A DNA stretch of 64,000 nucleotides, from the NCBI GenBank assembly GCA_028534125.1, contig CM052816.1, forward strand, positions 101,866,001 through 101,930,000, written 5' to 3'. Made by a program: the position numbers and the translations under genes. Each line of letters opens with the position of its first letter. Positions within the stretch are counted from its first letter, which is position 1. Under the pieces are notes generated by a model that was given only the letters and a program-made list of their open reading frames with translations, made no database searches and was not told the DNA's origin. Below are positions 58,301-64,000 of the stretch, piece by piece. This stretch comes from Lama glama. Lineage: Eukaryota.

Positions 58301-61300
58301 GTAGTGGACATTTATGAGAAAACAGGCTCCTGACACACACAAGTCAGCTTTACTTAGCGGCATCCAACCCAGAGGCAGAGAAGCAGCTGGAGCAGAAGAC
58401 AGAGACCTGGCCTAGGACCGGAACGGTGCGGGCGGAGATGGGCAGCAGCAGACACCACCCCCCTGCCTGGGCTGGGTCCCCCTGCAAGGGCTCCCTGGGC
58501 TCTGGCTGGTGTGGGGTCCATGCAGCTATGCACTTCTGTCCTGCGGACGGCACCCACCAACTGCACTTCGAAGTTGTGGTCGCTGGTGAACTGGCCCCAT
58601 CATGAGCAATGAGGCTCATTGCTTCTCTACCCTGTGATGGCACCCCACCAGTGACCTTCTTAAACTGCCCAACCCTGTTGACACCAATGGGGGCTGGCAG
58701 GTGTTTTCTGCCATTATTTGTCCTTGCTTGAGTCTTTTTTTTTCAATTGGGAAAAAAAGCACTATGGTCAGAATGCCGTGAGCTCATCTGTTTGCAGCAG
58801 ACCCAGGCTGCCCCATTCCACAGCACAGAACAGACTTTATAGGTGCTTTTTGCTTCTGGGAAGACAGCACCTTCTGCTCATCAGGGTCCTGGAGCTGTGG
58901 AGCGAGATGCCCCCACACACCAGAAGGCCCTGTCGACATTCACTGAAAACGTGTCCTTTAGCACCCAGAATTAAAACACACACACCAGTTGTTCTGGAGA
59001 GTTGGACCAAGTAAATGGACATTGACTCACGAGGTCATAAGGGCTAGAAATTTCTGTGGAAATGACTGCTGGCCAGGGGACAGGAGCTCCCTCTGGACAA
59101 CAGGCAGGAGGTCTGGATTTCCAGGAAAGATGGGGTGGTTCACATGAAGCCCCCGCCCCGGCCCTGGTGTGTGAGGACTTCCTGGCTGCATGGAGTCCTG
59201 GTGACCAGACCTGGGCTTGGAGGTTCCAGACTTGTGAACAGTACAGGGGTACATGTCCCCTGTGGCAAAGTCGGGACAGCTTCATAAGCCTGCTCCCTCC
59301 CTGACCCTAGACATCCACTCTGGGTGACCGTGTGGCTCTCTGCTAGTGGACCGGCTAACTCCTGCCTTCTGCTGTCTCGAAAACTTAAGGAGCCAGCAGG
59401 CCGCCCACAACATGCACCCCTGCCACCTCCTCGTCCCCTACAAGGTTCCACCTTTAACAAGGTAGAAGGTGTTTCAGAGGAGAATTCTATAACCATGTCA
59501 GTTCAGATTCAAGCTGCTTTCTGGAGGAAGCACACATGGGCTCTTCAAGTGAGCAAAAAACCCCCAGGAGGACACCCCCTCCAGCCCAGCGCTCACTGTG
59601 AACAGGGACAAGCAACTCAGAGGCTGCGAGGCCAGGCCAGTGCCACTGACCACCACCGGGGTGGGCGGGGCCCTCGACCACTTTTTATCCCAACAACTAA
59701 CAAAAAGTATCTTTCTGCAAACATCTTCCTATAGATTTAACAAACTGAAATAAACATCTTTGGGCAACAGATAAACAAGCACACTTCTTACCTCAATACT
59801 TAGAGACTTTTTAAAAAGCAGTTTTTAAGGTAATTTATTCATATTGTGGGCTCGATTCGCTTATTATGATTTTCTACAAATGGACTCTAAATAACTCGGG
59901 TTGGTTGTTTAACCATCAGAGCGGGTGTACTAGGTCACCACATGCCCAGAAAAGGAAGCAGTTTTCAGGATTCTGTTCTGAGCACAGGGAGGTAACCAAT
60001 GTCATGTTTAAATTCAGACCTGAGCATTTCCACCTGGACTGAATGGGGTGGGCCTGCAGGGTGTCTGTGGATTTCCCACCTTGCAGAAGCACACTTAACA
60101 GCTTTGGGTTTCTAGGTCCCCCCTGACCACCTGGCCCACAGGCCGGTCTAGGTCCCCACTGACCACCAGGCCCTCAGGCTGGTCTAGGTCCCCCTGACCA
60201 CCAGGCTGGAGGGCATTCACCTTACCTTCCTGCTTGCCCCTGCCTGTCCTCTGCAGTGGGGTGGATCCTGGAGGGAGAGGACAGACTCCGGCTCCGAGGG
60301 ACCAGGGGGCTCTTGGCACGTGGTCTTGGCAGGGGCTGCTTCTCTGAGGTCGCAATGCTGGTCACCTCCACTCCTTTGATAAAGATCTCATTATGGCCTG
60401 GCTGGTGGGAGTCCCTGGGGTCACTCTCAGGTGGAGAAATCTCAAAGCTTTGTGTTTTTCTCATAATTTTCTTCAGGGGGTGCCTCCTGGGCTGGGAAGC
60501 TGGTGTCTGGAAGGGCTCAGAGGAGCCTGTGGAGCTGCTGTTCTGGTCCTGCACACCTGTGCCCAGGTGCTCACCCTCCTGCCCATACAGAGCAGCCTGT
60601 CCAGGGCAGCTGGGCAGCCATCGGGACCACTCTCCAGTGCAGCCCTCAGGGTCACTGACGAGGATCCAGGTAGGCTCAGGGGGCTGCTCCTCCAGCCCCC
60701 GGGCAAGCTCATGATTCGGGGGGCTGTGGACCACAGGCGGGGTGCTAGGGCGCAGGGCTGCCTCTCCACAGGCCTCTTGCCAGGGGAGTCGGGTCTGCTG
60801 GCACTGCAGCCACGAGGTGTGCCCCTGAGGCAGTGCCTGCTGGCCGCCCAGGCCCGACACTGCCACGCTCGCCCTGGGGAGGCTCTGCATGGGTGGCTCT
60901 GTGGTCTCCTGGTGACAACGCTTCAGATCCTCAGCAACCAGGTGTTCCAGGCACTCACTGCACTGCGGTGTCCACCCGCTCACCTGCACAGCAAAGGAGG
61001 GCACTGGTCAGAGCAATGAGGGATGGTCATGGCCCAGATGGCCTGGTGGGCCCCACTCAGTAGCTTGTAGCCAACAAGCAGCTGGAGTAAACTCAGGTCA
61101 CGCTCGTCCTGCTGACCAGGTTGCCCAAACCAAGGACCAGGGTGAGTCAAAGGCCAGAGTGAGAGGAAGACCCTCGGCCCACAGGGACAACTGCTGACCA
61201 GACTTGACTGGGGGCCTCAGAGCTGGAGAGACCGTGAAGCAATCTACACCTCTGCCTGGTGTGGGAGTCCGAGGGGCAGAGACAGGGCAGAGAGTTCCTG

Positions 61301-61781
61301 CCCTGCCCTGGCCCCTTGGATTCTGTGTCCTGAGGGCTCCGGCCCTGGCACCTACACGGTGGGCAATTCTAGGGCACTGCAAGTGTGCAGGTGCCTGCCA
61401 TGGGCAGTGATGGTTTCGGAGCTTTTATCACTGAACTGGCAAACATGAAATAAAGCTCACGTGTCCCTGTGGCCTATCTGTCTGGTACGATAAATAAACT
61501 CTTCACAGGTCTATGGAGAGCCTAGGGGCGGTCTGACAGGGGCGCTGCAGCCATCCCAGAGCCCGGCCTGCTCGGGCCCCAGACGACACTCAGTGAGTGC
61601 CGGCAGCAAAGCATTGGGCCAGGAGAGACTGCGCTGGGGCTCTTACCTCCTTGCAGAACTCCCCCTCCCTCTGCTCCACTTGGCTGGCTGTGGTGCTTAG
61701 ACTCCTTCTCAAGTCCTGGGTCACCTCCTCTGTGCCCAGAGCGCTCCCTCCCGTCGGCCTCAGTCCTCTCTGACAGTACCG
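52076..61781 (-). CDS. PLEKHG4B: PLEKHG4B RhoGEF, 3' half (spectrin-like linker, DH and PH domains, C-tail); 5' exons lie right of the window
   Basis: Exons 61647-61781, 60226-60983, 57255-57507, 56193-56282, 55889-56119, 54534-54704, 53852-54032, 52581-52697 and 52076(or 52144)-52383 splice in frame with GT/AG ends; DH motif EMIFTEREYVRSL and LLKPVQRLGKYALLLQDL; PH motif VFLFEDLILFSK. Confidence 0.95.
52581..52697 (-). CDS. PLEKHG4B: PLEKHG4B exon after the PH domain
   Basis: ELRVQETVSLGLGSKPFVDVTPSHAAISHRAIDCTTKGA. Confidence 0.9.
53852..54032 (-). CDS. PLEKHG4B: PLEKHG4B PH domain exon 2
   Basis: TAEIGMTENVGDSGLRFEIWFLRRRKPQDTYVLQASSAEVKTAWTDVLGRILWQQALRNR. Confidence 0.95.
54534..54704 (-). 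CDS. PLEKHG4B: PLEKHG4B PH domain exon 1
   Basis: VDLREQGRLRCQDEFLVCCGRKKHLRRVFLFEDLILFSKTRRADGGRAVYLYTQSFK. Confidence 0.95.
54725..55110 (+). mobile_element. MER21-like ERVL LTR
   Basis: tttccctgagttctgtgagccat...caaattaattgaacc...gtgggaacccctg...gtcagaagcacaggt...gactgagccctt...agtgtcaga...gtaggacaccagctg matches MER21 as recalled. Confidence 0.8.
55889..56119 (-). CDS. PLEKHG4B: PLEKHG4B DH domain exon 3
   Basis: DKQRELGDRMDLASYLLKPVQRLGKYALLLQDLVKE...FQLRHGNDLLAMDALRGCD. Confidence 0.95.
56193..56282 (-). CDS. PLEKHG4B: PLEKHG4B DH domain exon 2
   Basis: EEQFGLYALYSKNKPRSDALLCTHGNAFFK; followed by a 73-nt intron. Confidence 0.94.
57255..57507 (-). CDS. PLEKHG4B: PLEKHG4B DH domain exon 1
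   Basis: SRLQHIVAEMIFTEREYVRSLGYVIDNYFPEVERTDLPQDLRGKCGVIFGNWEKLYTFH...FLRH; CAGCAG acceptor. Confidence 0.95.
57768..57880 (+). mobile_element. tRNA-derived SINE, camelid vic-1-like
   Basis: GGGGAGGGTGTAGCTCAGTGGTAGAG (A box)...GAGGTCCTGGTTTCAATCCCCAGCACCTCCA (B box)...taaataaacctaattac tail. Confidence 0.8.
57893..58067. repeat. Compound (TACA)n/(TACG)n/(CA)n microsatellite at the SINE tail
   Basis: Read directly. Confidence 0.95.
60111..60205. repeat. 36-bp minisatellite, about 2.6 copies
   Basis: Units tctaggtcccc(c/a)ctgaccacc(t/a)ggccc(a/t)caggc(c/t)gg start at 60111, 60147 and 60183. Confidence 0.9.
60226..60983 (-). CDS. PLEKHG4B: PLEKHG4B large pre-DH exon
   Basis: 758 nt; VSGWTPQ...PRRHPLKKIMRKTQSFEISPP...IFIKGVEVTS...SRSLSSPS. 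Confidence 0.93.
61647..61781 (-). CDS. PLEKHG4B: PLEKHG4B linker exon
   Basis: RYCQRGLRPTGGSALGTEEVTQDLRRSLSTTASQVEQREGEFCKE; cacag| acceptor and |gtaag donor. Confidence 0.85.
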
Positions 61782-61859
61782 CTGTGGCCCAAGAAGCAAT
61801 CAGAACAAGCCCTGGCACTTCCTCTGGGCATCCCTGCGTGTATCCTGGGGGGCACCCAC

Positions 61860-61964
61860 CATCTGCCTGTCCTGGGGCGCCTGCCTTCGCTTCATGCTCC
61901 CCGGAGAGAGCAGCTCCAAAGGCCCGAGGAGTTCCTCCCCTCCTTTTCCAAGCCATGATTTGAT
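61860..61964 (-). CDS. PLEKHG4B: Candidate in-frame PLEKHG4B cassette exon (spectrin-repeat-like)
   Basis: ccttcttttcctacatag|IKSWLGKGGEELLGPLELLSPGSMKRRQAPQDRQM|gtgggt; 105 nt, phase 0/0. Confidence 0.6.
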
Positions 61965-62929
61965 CTATGTAGGAAAAGAAGGGTTTACTTTTATACATGT
62001 GAAGGAGTCCAGATCTAAGATTTCAGAGGATGCAGGAGGCATCAGACGCCTCCTCAGGGCTGGTACACCTGGTTCCTACAGCCATACGCCTTGTCTTGAC
62101 ACATCTCCTGGTTGCATCCTACGTAATCATGGCAACGAAGGCCACGCAGCTGCAGTTGGAACCACTGTTCTGACACTTGCGCTTTTTCAGTCTGTGGATA
62201 GGGCTGGGGAGGGATGACCACAGATCTCTGTAGCTCAAGTTTATAACTATTTTCATTGTTTGGAAAAGGAAATTAAGGTCATTGAAAAATAGATCCAGAC
62301 ATTTCCATTTCACATTTGTTACTATGGTACCCAAACCCCAGAAATACTCTTCAGGCTGGTGGCGCTGGGACTCTGGAGGGCCACTGGGAGATGGAGGGGT
62401 GATGGCAGGCCCGCCCGCGATGTAGCCCCACCAGGTCAAGGTTGTTGCTTTAGAGACATAACTCCCATGGCAACATCACTGGGCTCACACTGAGCGCGTC
62501 AAAGGTAAGCCTTCATTTCCACGAGCAGTTCTTGTCACAAAGCAATGCAGGGGCATCTGGTTGTTTTCACCCAGGAAAAGGTTTGTTATTAAAAATAGAG
62601 CCATTGGGCTAGATCTGCAACCAGAATAATTGTGTTTAATGGTCTTAGATGTAAGAGCAGAGGAGAGAGACCAGTGTATGTGCTCTTTGTGGACAGAGTC
62701 ATGGAAAACACCATGAACCCAGATTTTTGTGAGGAAGCTTCTGGAACTGCCAGGTGAGAAAGAGGAACGGGTCAGCAGAGCAGAGGCACCTTATTGGTGG
62801 AGTCCCAAAATAAATAAATTCCAGTTGGTTTGGAGAATTAAATGGAAAAATTCAAACCATGAAAGTCTTTTGATGGAATACTTTAGTCGTTCTGTAGCCT
62901 TAAGGTAGGAAAGGCCATTTAAATCATAA

Positions 62930-63200
62930 GTAAGATGAAAGGACAAATTACAAATACTTGCAACACAATCAAAGGATTAGAAGTAACATAGTGGAACTAT
63001 TGCAAATTGTTGAGAAATTGGCCAAATGCACGAAAAAGCAATTTATTAGAGAATAAATAAAAATAACCAATAAATATACGACAAAAACGTTCAATTGTAG
63101 CATAAAAAATCTGAACTCAGACAGTGATGAGCCATTTTATCTTCACCTGTCAGACTGGCAAATGAGAAAGTGGGCCTTGAAAGGATGCAGAGAGCGCAGG
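62930..63200 (+). mobile_element. Ancient L1 ORF2 3' fragment
   Basis: A-rich; aaatacttgcaa...gagaaattggccaaa...ttcacctgtcagactggcaaa parallels the L1 text at 41450-41700 in this window. Confidence 0.55.
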
Positions 63201-64000
63201 CCGGCCACGGTCAGAGGGCCACTGGCAGGTGTGCGAAAACCTTAGAAAATGCGTGCTCTGACCTGTCATCCCAGCCTAGTAATTTGCAAACAGTCACAAG
63301 GTGTGAAGCGCATGGGGTGACTTCTGTAACAGCCAACAGTGGGACAGAGCCCAGGAGCCTCCCGCTGGAGTGTGCAGCACCCACACCCGACCCTGGCCCC
63401 AGTCAGGGCTGAGCAGCGCTGCATGTGCAGCACGAGCCCACTCCGGTGAAACCTATTTCCTTGCTAATTCTTCCACAGTGTGCATGCATTTCTCAGGTCA
63501 AAAAGACAATTTAACATGCTGTATAGGATGATTTCATTTTTAGGTTAAAATGAGTTTAGTTTTGGGCAGAGATGGCAGATTAAAACATAACTCATTTTGC
63601 TCCTTCCTGAAGCACTGCTGAAATTTTAGTAAACTCTTTTGAGGTATAAAGGGTGGGGACAGCAGACAGCCAGGGCAGGCAGGGGCAGTGGGGGCCCCTG
63701 GGGCATCTTGAGCGGTCGGGAACCCGAGGGGGAGGTGACGTAGACTGGGGGTGCTGTGGAGGGGCAGGAGCCCCACGTGGACACCCCCCACTGCAGGGCC
63801 TGGGGTGTTCTCTGCCGGGGATGAGGCAGGCAGGAGGCCAGTGGACACCCAGTCTCATCTCCTCCCTCACCTGTAGGTGCCTCCAGAGGGATGACCAGCC
63901 CAGGAAGAGGGACCAGCACGAAGCCTCCAATGGCCCATCCTCACCAGCGACCTGGGCAGCAGCAGCCCAGGTCACCAGGGAGCCTCGAGCATGAAAAGGA

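Overview
Mammalian genomic DNA, probably a camelid (it carries a vic-1-like tRNA-derived SINE). The window is the conserved PDCD6-SDHA-CCDC127-LRRC14B-PLEKHG4B block (human 5p15.33 order, reverse-complemented). It contains PDCD6 exons 1-2 (-), the complete 15-exon SDHA gene (-, 664-665 aa; exon 4 is almost entirely hidden by a length-preserving N block), CCDC127 (+, 263 aa) head-to-head with SDHA on a CpG-island promoter with three identical NRF-1-type motifs, LRRC14B (-, 511 aa), and the 3' half of the RhoGEF PLEKHG4B (-). Repeats include a truncated L1, solo LTRs, MER-type DNA elements, a SINE and micro/minisatellites. I found no new gene system. The best leads are at transcript level: two clean in-frame PLEKHG4B exons missing from the human canonical protein as I recall it (one giving an alternative C-terminus), a triple-CAG acceptor in the SDHA presequence, a weakened SDHA poly(A) hexamer, and a MEF2/E-box module at LRRC14B. 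Comparisons with human sequences and repeat consensi are from memory and need verification.
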